A stretch of DNA of 64,000 nt from a virus. Of the stretch, positions 48,528 to 56,903 are shown in pieces; position 1 is the stretch's first letter, and each line of letters begins with the position of its first letter. The notes beneath the pieces were generated by a model. The model ran no database searches. It was not told where the DNA came from and saw nothing but the letters and a program-made list of their open reading frames with translations. The translations under genes were made by a program, and so were the position numbers. The stretch spans positions 3,635 through 67,634 of IMG/VR virus record IMGVR_UViG_3300025860_001451, one strand, 5' to 3'.

Positions 48528-48791
48528 TTAAGTAAGTGTTCTTGTCTCCTGTACAGCGACCCCATTTAAATAAACCCCTTGTAAAATATCGCCCCCCTCA
48601 ACAACTATCCCTAATTTATTACAAATACCCTCTATCGGGCCCTCGCAAAGTACGTCTAGGCATTCTGCGTTAGAATAAGAAGACAAGTGGTTATACTGAC
48701 CTAATTTAGGAGGAGTTAACTGCGGGGGCTTTGGTTTCGGTGGTCCACCACCAGCTCCAGCCACCATTTGCTTTTTTTGTAAATGTTTCAT
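48528..48791 (-). CDS. Tail tip protein J, stand-alone N-terminal fragment
   Basis: GAGGG..P..L.S..A..LDVLCEGPIEG..GVYLNG..VQ matches the lambda gpJ N-terminus (DAISEGPIEG). Confidence 0.85.
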   Translation of the reverse strand: MKHLQKKQMVAGAGGGPPKPKPPQLTPPKLGQYNHLSSYSNAECLDVLCEGPIEGICNKLGIVVEGGDILQGVYLNGVAVQETRTLT

Positions 48792-48811
48792 ATTTTTATT
48801 GTAATTTATAA

Positions 48812-49393
48812 CTACAAGACGCTTGAAGAACCGTTGGGGCCATCATCATTCAACTCCATTGGTTTGTATGATTGAGGGAAGTTTTTTGTAGTATATTGTA
48901 CGGTATAAGTTCCTACCTTCAATCTACCATAGCCCAGCGGGACACCAGATCCCTGAGTAGCGATATTAGCTTTGTTTGAAAAGGAAAAAGACTGGTCTAT
49001 AGCTCTGGTTGAAGCCTCTACAGTTGGGGGTTCTGGTTCTTTTGGGGCTAACAGGAGCATTAACCCATAAGATATTGCTGCTACCACAACAGCTATGGCC
49101 ACTTGAGTGGCTATATAAGCTATTGTACCCCAACCACTACCCATTATAATGGGTAATATATCTATATTTTTTGGAGTTTTTTGTAAATCAGATTCAGTTA
49201 GTTGTTTTAAATCTACACCATCAACAATTATAGTATAAATAAAACCCTGCTCATGTAAATTTTTTATTCTTTTTAAAAATCCTTTTTTATTTGAGTTTAT
49301 AGCATGTAAAGCTTCCTTGGGTTTAGATATTCCATATTCAAAATACTCACCAAATTCCAACGCCAATATGCCGTGTAATCTTATCGTTGTCAT
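48812..49393 (-). CDS. Tail assembly protein I (lambda gpI-like)
   Basis: MTTIRLHGIL..EFG, EA..A, IDILPIIMGSG, hydrophobic segment, F....N...QG..VPLGYG.L.VG. Confidence 0.9.
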   Translation of the reverse strand: MTTIRLHGILALEFGEYFEYGISKPKEALHAINSNKKGFLKRIKNLHEQGFIYTIIVDGVDLKQLTESDLQKTPKNIDILPIIMGSGWGTIAYIATQVAIAVVVAAISYGLMLLLAPKEPEPPTVEASTRAIDQSFSFSNKANIATQGSGVPLGYGRLKVGTYTVQYTTKNFPQSYKPMELNDDGPNGSSSVL

Positions 49394-49818
49394 ATATTAT
49401 TTTTTATATCTTCTATTAAATCTTTTTCAAATTCCAGATTACTAGGAACATAAAAACCAATCTTATCTGTTATTACAGAATAAATCATAAACGGCACACA
49501 GCAGTTTTCTGAAATAAGTATGTCATACTCGGAAGGTTTTTCATCAATATCTATATGACTATGATATACAGATATTAATTTATTTTTATCTTTAAAAGAC
49601 AAGTAATCCAAAGGGTCAACTAAAAACTCTTCGCGTGGGTTAGTCGATATATTTTTTGCATTTTGAACAATGTACCTATTGTTTTTTATACCCACGAATC
49701 CGCAACTCTCTAAAAACTTATTATTCAAACAGTTTTTCCTTACCGTCTCAAAAACTTCTTCCACGTTGTCGCATAAATCTTCTTCGTAAACTTCTTTTAT
49801 TTTTTTTAAATTTTTCAT
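49390..49818 (-). CDS. Tail assembly protein K, JAB/MPN domain only
   Basis: ESCGF..N..F.VDP..YHSH..PSEYD JAMM motif. No NlpC/P60 domain. Confidence 0.88.
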   Translation of the reverse strand: MKNLKKIKEVYEEDLCDNVEEVFETVRKNCLNNKFLESCGFVGIKNNRYIVQNAKNISTNPREEFLVDPLDYLSFKDKNKLISVYHSHIDIDEKPSEYDILISENCCVPFMIYSVITDKIGFYVPSNLEFEKDLIEDIKNNI

Positions 49819-50831
49819 ACTGTTCTTTTGAATTGAAATCCGTCGGTCCCAGGGAAACCACCAAACGGTAACGCAACCTTGTCATCGTTAAAATCTCTAA
49901 AGTGTTCCTGGCAAGATTCTATAGATTTATTGCAACCATCTAGCTGCCAAAAATCTGGGTTTTCTCTTGGTAGTCTATTTATATTATTATCTCTTCTTGA
50001 AACGTAAACTTCTACATGAATGTCATCAGCTCCAGTGATAACTGATCCCTCATAATTTGTGGTACCAATGTTTTTGCTTCGTCCGTAATGCAGCAATCTA
50101 ACTGTATCGCCCTTAGAATAGGACTGATTATAATCAAAAAGAATACCTGGGTCAGTGCTTTGATTAATAACAACTCCATTTTCATCTGTAAAAGGTAAAC
50201 CCGACTCTGTATTTATCGCCCTTTGAGAATACCTACACCCTGGGCCCCTATAAGTCCAACTGCAATACTTTGACATTATTCTCCTTCCATTCAAATATAT
50301 AGTATCCATATCTAACGGAGAAGTTAATTCAAGCAACACAGAATATTTATTTTCTTGAATTTTTCTCGAAACTAAAAATCTCTGGTTTGAAATTTGAGCA
50401 GAGCTGTCAGCTTCTCCCCAAGGATTTTCAAGACCCTCAAAATTAGCATCATCCAAAAACCTAACAAATGTTTTTTGCCTGTATATAACAGCCGCCCTTA
50501 GATCGTTATACTGCTTCATTATGTCTGAAATAATATAATCAGGATTGGCTACTGTTAGTTTAGGCCTATTCAGACCAGCTGTCACCGAGGATTCGTTATC
50601 TTCTATTTCCAACGCCAACGGGGCGTACAACCTGCCCTGCCACCATATACTGCCTCCAAAAAGAGACCCACTATGAAAATAATAAACACCAGCAGTACTA
50701 GGCAGCTCACCATTAGTACCTTCTTTTAAATAAATTTCTCCCTGAGATTTCAAAGTGAAAAATTCAATCATTGCCGTTGGTTCCAACGACATTAATTCTT
50801 GAGACACCTTTTCCGAGAAACCTTCAGCCAT
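49815..50831 (-). CDS. Minor tail protein L (lambda gpL-like)
   Basis: IEFF.L, WQG..Y, RPKL.VAN, TFVRFLD.ANF, ELTSPLD, C.W.YRG..C.Y, DGC.K....C, LPFGGFPG. Confidence 0.93.
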   Translation of the reverse strand: MAEGFSEKVSQELMSLEPTAMIEFFTLKSQGEIYLKEGTNGELPSTAGVYYFHSGSLFGGSIWWQGRLYAPLALEIEDNESSVTAGLNRPKLTVANPDYIISDIMKQYNDLRAAVIYRQKTFVRFLDDANFEGLENPWGEADSSAQISNQRFLVSRKIQENKYSVLLELTSPLDMDTIYLNGRRIMSKYCSWTYRGPGCRYSQRAINTESGLPFTDENGVVINQSTDPGILFDYNQSYSKGDTVRLLHYGRSKNIGTTNYEGSVITGADDIHVEVYVSRRDNNINRLPRENPDFWQLDGCNKSIESCQEHFRDFNDDKVALPFGGFPGTDGFQFKRTV

Positions 50832-50840
50832 AACAATTAT

Positions 50841-50846
50841 TTACAC
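50841..50846 (-). promoter_or_regulatory. GTGTAA motif, candidate late promoter of the tail-tip operon
   Basis: GTGTAA-9 nt-ATG of gpL. No sigma70 site was seen on this strand. Confidence 0.5.
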
Positions 50847-50897
50847 ATTTACTAATGTTTTATGATATTAAAAAAAAATAAATAGCAATAAAAAAAA

Positions 50898-50928
50898 TTG
50901 ACATTATATACTCAAGCTATACTATAAT
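50898..50928 (+). promoter_or_regulatory. Sigma70-type promoter
   Basis: TTGACA then TACTAT (16-nt spacer) or TATAAT (19-nt spacer), with an A-rich UP-like tract upstream. Confidence 0.6.
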
Positions 50929-50963
50929 ATAGTAAAAGCAACAAGCTTCTTTTCTTTAAAAAA

Positions 50964-51161
50964 ATGAAAAATATAATTTATAGGGTATACAATTCGAAAA
51001 ACAAATACCAAGCAAGCTATTCGTCAAAACTAAAAGGATCTAAAGAATGGGCCATTTCTTGTGCGGACCTTACAAAAGGTAAGGTTTATGAGGTTAATAT
51101 TGTTGATAGAGGCCTTTCTGAATCTTCTAAGTTAATATATTCAAGCGAAAATGCCAATTAA
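50964..51161 (+). CDS. Hypothetical protein
   Basis: First ORF after the promoter, overlapping the next gene. Confidence 0.65.
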   Translation: MKNIIYRVYNSKNKYQASYSSKLKGSKEWAISCADLTKGKVYEVNIVDRGLSESSKLIYSSENAN

Positions 51162-51666
51162 ACAAATAGATTTAAACGATTCAGACTTTAATAATTGCTT
51201 GATGTCTTTTTTTTATCTGTCGAATCCATACGACTTAAAAAAAGGCTCCTCTTTATCCTCTATAGAAGCATCTAAGAGGGTTCTGTTTGATGATATTGGC
51301 CATTTTGATTTTGGCATATGTCATTACGAAAATGACGGAACACCCAGCCTTTATTCTTTTTTCTCTATCGGCGAAAGAGGGGAGTCAATTTATTTAAATT
51401 ATATTTTCCCAAATACAAATTTTCCTCCTAATAGAAACATTAAAAAGTATAAAATAGCTTTTTGTAAGTCATTTTTATATATATATGAAAAGACTGGCTT
51501 ATCTCTGGTAAAAGCCGATATAAGAAGAAAAAATAGAGTAAGTTCTTTCATTAAACTTATAGACAGGTTCCTTCCTCCAGTCGATTTATTTAAAGATGAA
51601 AACGGAGAAATGTCAATCGTTAGGATAGAAAAAGAAAAAGTTTTAGATTTTTATGAAAAAATGTGA
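51151..51666 (+). CDS. Hypothetical protein
   Basis: 171-aa ORF in a tightly packed operon. Confidence 0.7.
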   Translation: MPIKQIDLNDSDFNNCLMSFFYLSNPYDLKKGSSLSSIEASKRVLFDDIGHFDFGICHYENDGTPSLYSFFSIGERGESIYLNYIFPNTNFPPNRNIKKYKIAFCKSFLYIYEKTGLSLVKADIRRKNRVSSFIKLIDRFLPPVDLFKDENGEMSIVRIEKEKVLDFYEKM

Positions 51667-51901
51667 ATTTAAAGTTATGGGGACAAACTCCGCTACAAAA
51701 CATCTTGATGGTCAGATCCTAAACTTTGGTTATATTGATTTTTCTGGAAAAAAAAGAGTCTTTCAGGTTGAATTTAATAATAACGGCTATTTGCTGGATA
51801 TAAAATCCGTTACTTTTGACCCTGATGGAGTTTTCATTACCGCATTTCTTTCCGACGAAAAGAAAAATGTTGGGAGAGTTGTCATGAAATATTTGCCATA
51901 A
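51653..51901 (+). CDS. Hypothetical protein
   Basis: 82-aa ORF overlapping the previous gene. Confidence 0.65.
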   Translation: MKKCEFKVMGTNSATKHLDGQILNFGYIDFSGKKRVFQVEFNNNGYLLDIKSVTFDPDGVFITAFLSDEKKNVGRVVMKYLP

Positions 51902-51926
51902 TAATGTTTTTTGTGTATGTATTGTT

Positions 51927-52178
51927 ATGTCAACATCAACACAATCAAGTCTTTTAAAGCAAGTAGGACACTACGGAGGAGAAAGAGTCGGGATCGGTAC
52001 CCACACTGGTAAATTCATGGCTATTCACGCCCTTGATGACTGCACTATCGGTGCTGGCACGGTAGGCAGTATATCTAATTTTGCTGGTGCAGCTATAGCT
52101 CTTGGCGATGTTATCGTTGGAGAGTGGTCCGCTATTGAACTTACCGCTGGAGACGCAATCATCTATTATACCGACTAA
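51927..52178 (+). CDS. Small beta-rich putative virion protein
   Basis: Gly/Ala/Ile-rich 83 aa, preceded by GTGTAT-8 nt-ATG. Confidence 0.6.
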   Translation: MSTSTQSSLLKQVGHYGGERVGIGTHTGKFMAIHALDDCTIGAGTVGSISNFAGAAIALGDVIVGEWSAIELTAGDAIIYYTD

Positions 52179-52180
52179 TA

Positions 52181-52375
52181 ATGAAACTTCTTCGCATAGC
52201 TGGCAACGCACTTCTGAATGGAGCTTTACGCAACAAAGCCATAATAGGTTGTTGCAATGTATTTTGGAAGGATTCTTTTTTATGGGATGATCTTTGCTTT
52301 TGGAAAGAGCCAGATTGTGAAGGTGGCATTTGGGTTAATAGCGAAATCTGGGAAAACGAATGCCCTTGGACTTAA
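52181..52375 (+). CDS. Small Trp/Cys-rich hypothetical protein
   Basis: 64 aa with periodic W-x-(D/E/N) motifs, tightly packed with its neighbours. Confidence 0.55.
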   Translation: MKLLRIAGNALLNGALRNKAIIGCCNVFWKDSFLWDDLCFWKEPDCEGGIWVNSEIWENECPWT

Positions 52376-52390
52376 TTTCAAACAATAAAC

Positions 52391-52684
52391 ATGAGCCTAC
52401 TAAATGAAACACCAAAACAAATCACTGAAGCTCAGAAAAAAGCATCAAGGATTAGATATATAAACTTAGCAATAATAAAAGAAATAACAAGAGTCTGGAA
52501 CGAAAGCAACGATTTAATATGGAAAGATCAAAACCCCCAAAACATTCTTGATGAGTTGGGAGAAGATGTAGATGAAATTTTAGAAATAGATGAAGAAATA
52601 CTAAACTTACTCTCAAACATATTAGGAGGTCGTCGGCAATCAGAACTTGATTCTATTTTAGCCAAGAAATCTCAAAGACAATAA
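52391..52684 (+). CDS. Hypothetical helical protein
   Basis: 97-aa ORF with an A-rich leader. Confidence 0.65.
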   Translation: MSLLNETPKQITEAQKKASRIRYINLAIIKEITRVWNESNDLIWKDQNPQNILDELGEDVDEILEIDEEILNLLSNILGGRRQSELDSILAKKSQRQ

Positions 52685-52696
52685 AAATTTAATAAC

Positions 52697-53125
52697 ATGT
52701 CCCAAAATCAAATAGTAATCACAAGCGGAGTAACCACTCATGAGAATGTGTTGGATGGTATGAACTCTAATTTTTCGGATGCAGAAACAAGAACCTCTTC
52801 TTTGGAGGATAAAACCTTACAACAATCAATAAGTTCTTCAGCTGGTTCACTTGCTTTTGATACATCCCTTGGAGGTAATGCTACAACCACCCTCACCGAG
52901 GACGTAACTACCTTTTCCATTACAAACGCTGCGTCTGGAGATTCTGGCTTGATTCTTTTCGAGCAAGACAACACAGCTGGCTGGACATTCACTAGCACAT
53001 ATGACGTTCTTGCTGGCGATCTCGCAGATATAGCTTCGATTACAGCCTCTGGCATTGGAGCGGCTTCTGTTGGTTGGTATCACGACGGTACAGATAATTA
53101 TCTTTATGTTAGCGAAGCAACCTAA
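52697..53125 (+). CDS. Putative tail-fibre-associated protein
   Basis: MNSNF coiled segment followed by a Thr/Ser-rich beta domain (TTLTEDVTTFSITNA..G.ILFEQD..GW). Confidence 0.5.
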   Translation: MSQNQIVITSGVTTHENVLDGMNSNFSDAETRTSSLEDKTLQQSISSSAGSLAFDTSLGGNATTTLTEDVTTFSITNAASGDSGLILFEQDNTAGWTFTSTYDVLAGDLADIASITASGIGAASVGWYHDGTDNYLYVSEAT

Positions 53126-53137
53126 ACACTTTTTAAA

Positions 53138-53602
53138 ATGAAAACTTATCAACTAATAAACCTTAGCCCTCTTAAACTCCGCTACAAGAGTTTAAATGGT
53201 CTGCCGTCATCCATTACCCGTGAAGCTGCGGCCCCGCAAACACCAGATGGTTACAAATACGTTGAAAACCTTACCGTCCCAAACGATGCTCCAGAAGGTC
53301 AGCGTTACGTTAGAGAACTTACTGCTGATTCTTATGGTTGGAAGCTTGAGGATGTTCCCGTTCAAGTAATTAACGAGGTAACAAACTATCAGATCAAACA
53401 AGCCCTCAACACGGTCCCTGCTGATCGTGCTGCTGTAGATGCTTTTGTTGCTGGCAGTGGCGACCAAAATGTTATTGATGGTTGGGCTCATGCTGCTGTA
53501 TTCAAAAGAGACAATGCATTATTTCTTGGTGCTGTTGCTTATCTTGGTTGGACTCAAGAAAAAGTAGACGGTTATATTGAGCTTGCTGCGACCTTCGATT
53601 AA
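53138..53602 (+). CDS. Putative tail-fibre assembly/accessory protein
   Basis: VT.YQ.K.AL..W..A..F.RDN..LGWT.E.VD pattern, as seen next to phage fibre genes. Confidence 0.45.
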   Translation: MKTYQLINLSPLKLRYKSLNGLPSSITREAAAPQTPDGYKYVENLTVPNDAPEGQRYVRELTADSYGWKLEDVPVQVINEVTNYQIKQALNTVPADRAAVDAFVAGSGDQNVIDGWAHAAVFKRDNALFLGAVAYLGWTQEKVDGYIELAATFD

Positions 53603-53623
53603 TAAATTTAAAAATAAAAAATA

Positions 53624-54214
53624 ATGGCACTAAATCCTTTCATACCCGCAAGTGAATCGACTCACTTGACATTCCGCAACAATTATAATGCCAATATATT
53701 AGAGATCGAATCTCGTATATCTGGTCTTGAGGCGGCTCCACCAAGTCACACCCATGCAGTAACAGATATTGATTCTACGACAGCTGTAAGCGGTTACGTT
53801 ATCACTGCAGATGGCGGTGGAAACGCAACCTGGGAAGAAGCTCAAGGCGGTGGAGGTGCCGCTAATTTTAGCGTTGTCACGGTAGACACCCCAACTTATA
53901 CACAAATCCCACAGCACACACATCACCTTTACGATGACACAGATCTTGGTGGTGGTAGTGGTAGTGGTAGTGGTAGTGGTAGTGGTGGCGGCGGAGCTTG
54001 TATAGTAGTTGATCTTCTCGACCCGACATTACATGAGGCGGTTACAACACATAAGAAGATCGGTGATTCGTGCGATGTTCTGCTTCTTCCTCCTAGTGGT
54101 TGCACTATTGACGGTGTTGTAAGTGATGGTCTTGTAAGCGGTTATACCTTAACATCTCAAAACGAAGCTATCTCTATATTCAGTGATGGAGTATCTGGTT
54201 ACTATATAGAATAA
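53624..54214 (+). CDS. Short tail-fibre-like protein
   Basis: SHTHAVTDI (HxH fibre motif), GYVITADG.G.ATW, Gly/Ser linker, C-terminal TIDG..LTSQNEAISIFSDG domain. Confidence 0.6.
   Translation: MALNPFIPASESTHLTFRNNYNANILEIESRISGLEAAPPSHTHAVTDIDSTTAVSGYVITADGGGNATWEEAQGGGGAANFSVVTVDTPTYTQIPQHTHHLYDDTDLGGGSGSGSGSGSGGGGACIVVDLLDPTLHEAVTTHKKIGDSCDVLLLPPSGCTIDGVVSDGLVSGYTLTSQNEAISIFSDGVSGYYIE
53954..53983 (+). repeat. (GGTAGT)5 microsatellite encoding a Gly-Ser linker
   Basis: Five perfect in-frame hexamer copies. Confidence 0.9.
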
Positions 54215-54840
54215 TGAGTCACACTGCAAAAACTCCTCCAACATCTAATGCAATTGCAGATCTTCCAGATGCGAAAGATGGCACTGTTGCTTATGATACT
54301 GCTGCGGGTAAGCCAGTAGCAAGAATAAATGGCGCATGGGAGAGTATTGCTGGTGGTGGTGGTGGTGGCACACCTACCGTTGTTTATGATGATGGTGCTG
54401 CTGTTGGTAATACAGACCAAATCCAAGGTGATATACCAGATAACTGGAAATCTACGGATTCAAGCTTAAAAGGATTAGTAATTGGCACAAGTTGCACAAG
54501 TATTGGGAGTAATGCTTTTTATTATTGCGCTGGCTTAACTGGTTCATTAGTCATTCCAGATAGTGTTACAACTATTGGACCAAATGCGTTTGCGCAAAGC
54601 GTTTTTGGTTCTGGTAGCATAACCAGTTTAACCATTGGAAGCGGCATTACGAGTATCGGGAGTGCTGCTTTTTATTATAACGCTAATATAACTAGAATAG
54701 AAATTTATGCTACAACTGCTCCTACGATTGGTAGTGATGCGTTTCTTAGCATCCCTTCTCCCGCAGAAATACACGTTCCAGCTGGAGCGACAGGCTATGC
54801 AGCGTCGTATGATGGTTTAACAGTAGTTTACGATCTATAA
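54214..54840 (+). CDS. Mini BspA-type LRR protein, paralog 1
   Basis: MSHT.K.PP start, DQIQGDIP..W cap, SIG..AF repeats. Confidence 0.85.
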   Translation: MSHTAKTPPTSNAIADLPDAKDGTVAYDTAAGKPVARINGAWESIAGGGGGGTPTVVYDDGAAVGNTDQIQGDIPDNWKSTDSSLKGLVIGTSCTSIGSNAFYYCAGLTGSLVIPDSVTTIGPNAFAQSVFGSGSITSLTIGSGITSIGSAAFYYNANITRIEIYATTAPTIGSDAFLSIPSPAEIHVPAGATGYAASYDGLTVVYDL

Positions 54841-54861
54841 AAATTTTAACTAAATAATAAT

Positions 54862-55425
54862 ATGAAATACGCAATCACAGGCCCAAGAGGGGCAATCTTT
54901 AACATAGTAGAGGTAGAGCCAACAGAAGCTCCGCACTATAGCGAAATCTCTGATGCTGATGCAGCTACAGTAGAAGCTAGTGAGGATAGATTCTTTATCA
55001 TTGATGGTGTTCTACTGACACAAGAAGAAAGCTTCCAAAAGATGAGAAGAAGCTTTATTGATGAAAAAATAGACAACAGCTCCGATCTTGATGCGGGTAA
55101 AGAGATCCTTAGAGATCATTTCGCAGAAAGAAGATATGATTTTGAGATTGGAGGCATAGTTTGGAACGGTCTTGACGTAAGAACTGATAGGTTTACAGTT
55201 GAGAGAATTTACCAAGCAAGATTCTTGGCAAAAGAAGATGCCGCATTTACTACAGAGTGGAAACTCGGCAATGGAACATTCATGACAATCGATGCCCCAA
55301 CTATAATTGCTCTATCTGATGCCGTTACCACACACCTTAAAGATGCTTTCTTAAAAGAAAAAACAGTAAATACATCAATCGATGCCGCAACTACTGTCGC
55401 AGAATTAAAAGCCGTTCAATGGTAA
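54862..55425 (+). CDS. DUF4376-like protein (fibre assembly-associated)
   Basis: RY..E.GGI..NG..V.TDR..WKL.NG.F..DA....L..AV..H....F..E.....IDAA.T..EL.A..W. Confidence 0.75.
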   Translation: MKYAITGPRGAIFNIVEVEPTEAPHYSEISDADAATVEASEDRFFIIDGVLLTQEESFQKMRRSFIDEKIDNSSDLDAGKEILRDHFAERRYDFEIGGIVWNGLDVRTDRFTVERIYQARFLAKEDAAFTTEWKLGNGTFMTIDAPTIIALSDAVTTHLKDAFLKEKTVNTSIDAATTVAELKAVQW

Positions 55426-55426
55426 T

Positions 55427-56143
55427 ATGAGCCACACAAGTAAAGAGCCACCTAGCCAATATGCAGCTGGCGACCTTCCTAGCAACCCGCCAGAAGGAAC
55501 AGTTGCTTATGATAAAACCAACCAAAAGATGGTTGCGTTTAAGAATAGTTCTTGGGGTGACTTCGGGGGTTCTGGAGGTGTAGGATCTACTACTTATGTT
55601 AGAGACAATGTGGCTGGGGTTATTGACCAAATCCAAGGTGATATACCAGATAGCTGGAAAAATTCCGACACCTCTTTAAAAGGATTGGTTATTGGAACGA
55701 GTTGCACAAGTATTGGGAATAATGCTTTTTATTATTGCGATGGCTTAACTGGTGACTTAGTCATTCCAGATAGTGTTACAAGTATTGGGAGCAGCGCTTT
55801 TTATTATTGCACTGGCTTAACTGGTGATTTAGTCATTCCAGATAGTGTGACGACTATTGAGGATTATCCTTTTTGGTTTTGTAATAATATTACAACTGTA
55901 GTTCTTGGTAGCGGACTAACCTCTATAGGGGAAGAAGGCTTTGGTTTAATGCTTGGATTAACTACAGCTTATATTAATTGCCCAGCCTCAAGTTTTACAG
56001 GTGAGGGTGGTTTCTATTCTTCCCCTGTAGCAAATATATATGTTCACGCTGATTATGTTGCTGGTTATGATGCTACTTGGAAGACAGCACAAAACACAAC
56101 AGCTACAGTATCAACTTGGACAAACTACCCTAACATACCATAA
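55427..56143 (+). CDS. Mini BspA-type LRR protein, paralog 2
   Basis: Same N-terminus and cap as paralog 1. Ends WTNYP. Confidence 0.85.
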   Translation: MSHTSKEPPSQYAAGDLPSNPPEGTVAYDKTNQKMVAFKNSSWGDFGGSGGVGSTTYVRDNVAGVIDQIQGDIPDSWKNSDTSLKGLVIGTSCTSIGNNAFYYCDGLTGDLVIPDSVTSIGSSAFYYCTGLTGDLVIPDSVTTIEDYPFWFCNNITTVVLGSGLTSIGEEGFGLMLGLTTAYINCPASSFTGEGGFYSSPVANIYVHADYVAGYDATWKTAQNTTATVSTWTNYPNIP

Positions 56144-56144
56144 G

Positions 56145-56861
56145 ATGTCACACACAACTAAAATACCACCAGCTAAATACGCAACTTCAGATCTTCCAAC
56201 TGACGTTGCCGTTGGGACTATTGTGTTTGATGAAACAACAAGCGAACACAAATCATTTAACGGATCATCATGGGACGCTATAGAAGGCGGCGGTATTGGA
56301 ACTCAAACTATTGTTTTTGATTCTACTGGTCCATCTTATGACCAAATCCAAGGAGATATTCCTGCCAACTGGAAAAATTTTGACTCCTCTTTAAAAGGAT
56401 TGGTTATTGGAACGAGTTGTACGAGTATTGGGAGTAATGCTTTTTATTTTTGCACTGCCTTAACTGGTGATTTAGTGATCCCAAATAGTGTTACGAGTAT
56501 TGGGTCTTTTGCGTTTGATGAGTGCAATGGCTTAACTTCATTAACCATTGGAAATAGCGTTACGAGTATTGAGAATCGGGCTTTTGGTGGTTGCTCTGGC
56601 TTAAGTGATTCATTAATTATTCCAAATAATGTGACAAGTATTGGTAGTTATGCGTTTTTGAATTGCATTGGCTTATATACAGCATATCTAGCGCCGCCAC
56701 TAGCAAACGTTGGTAGTAATGCATTTCAAGCCTCTGGATTAAGTACCATCTATGCTAAAGATGCGGTAGCCAATGGCTGGACATTGGGCGCTGGTCAAAC
56801 AGTCGGTGGTAAACCCAATGTCACCGTAATAGACTGGACAAACTACCCTGTGACACCATAA
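56145..56861 (+). CDS. Mini BspA-type LRR protein, paralog 3
   Basis: True start MSHTTKIPP at 56145, by homology with the paralogs. Ends WTNYP. Confidence 0.85.
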   Translation: MSHTTKIPPAKYATSDLPTDVAVGTIVFDETTSEHKSFNGSSWDAIEGGGIGTQTIVFDSTGPSYDQIQGDIPANWKNFDSSLKGLVIGTSCTSIGSNAFYFCTALTGDLVIPNSVTSIGSFAFDECNGLTSLTIGNSVTSIENRAFGGCSGLSDSLIIPNNVTSIGSYAFLNCIGLYTAYLAPPLANVGSNAFQASGLSTIYAKDAVANGWTLGAGQTVGGKPNVTVIDWTNYPVTP

Positions 56862-56867
56862 TTTTTG

Positions 56868-56895
56868 TTGACTTTTTTTTATTAGTATATATAAT
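56868..56895 (+). promoter_or_regulatory. Sigma70-type promoter, leaderless, heading the sulfotransferase cluster
   Basis: TTGACT-16 nt-TATAAT-8 nt-ATG(56904). Confidence 0.7.
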
Positions 56896-56903
56896 ACTAG
56901 TAT

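Noticed and set aside
44447-48791. Stop-codon reassignment explaining the split genes
   Set aside because: The standard code gives dense, full-length genes throughout, and the J fragments end in TAA/TGA in different frames.
54415-56510. Diversity-generating retroelement template/variable repeats among the LRR paralogs
   Set aside because: Differences are not adenine-specific, all copies are in-frame coding sequence, and there is no reverse transcriptase in the window.
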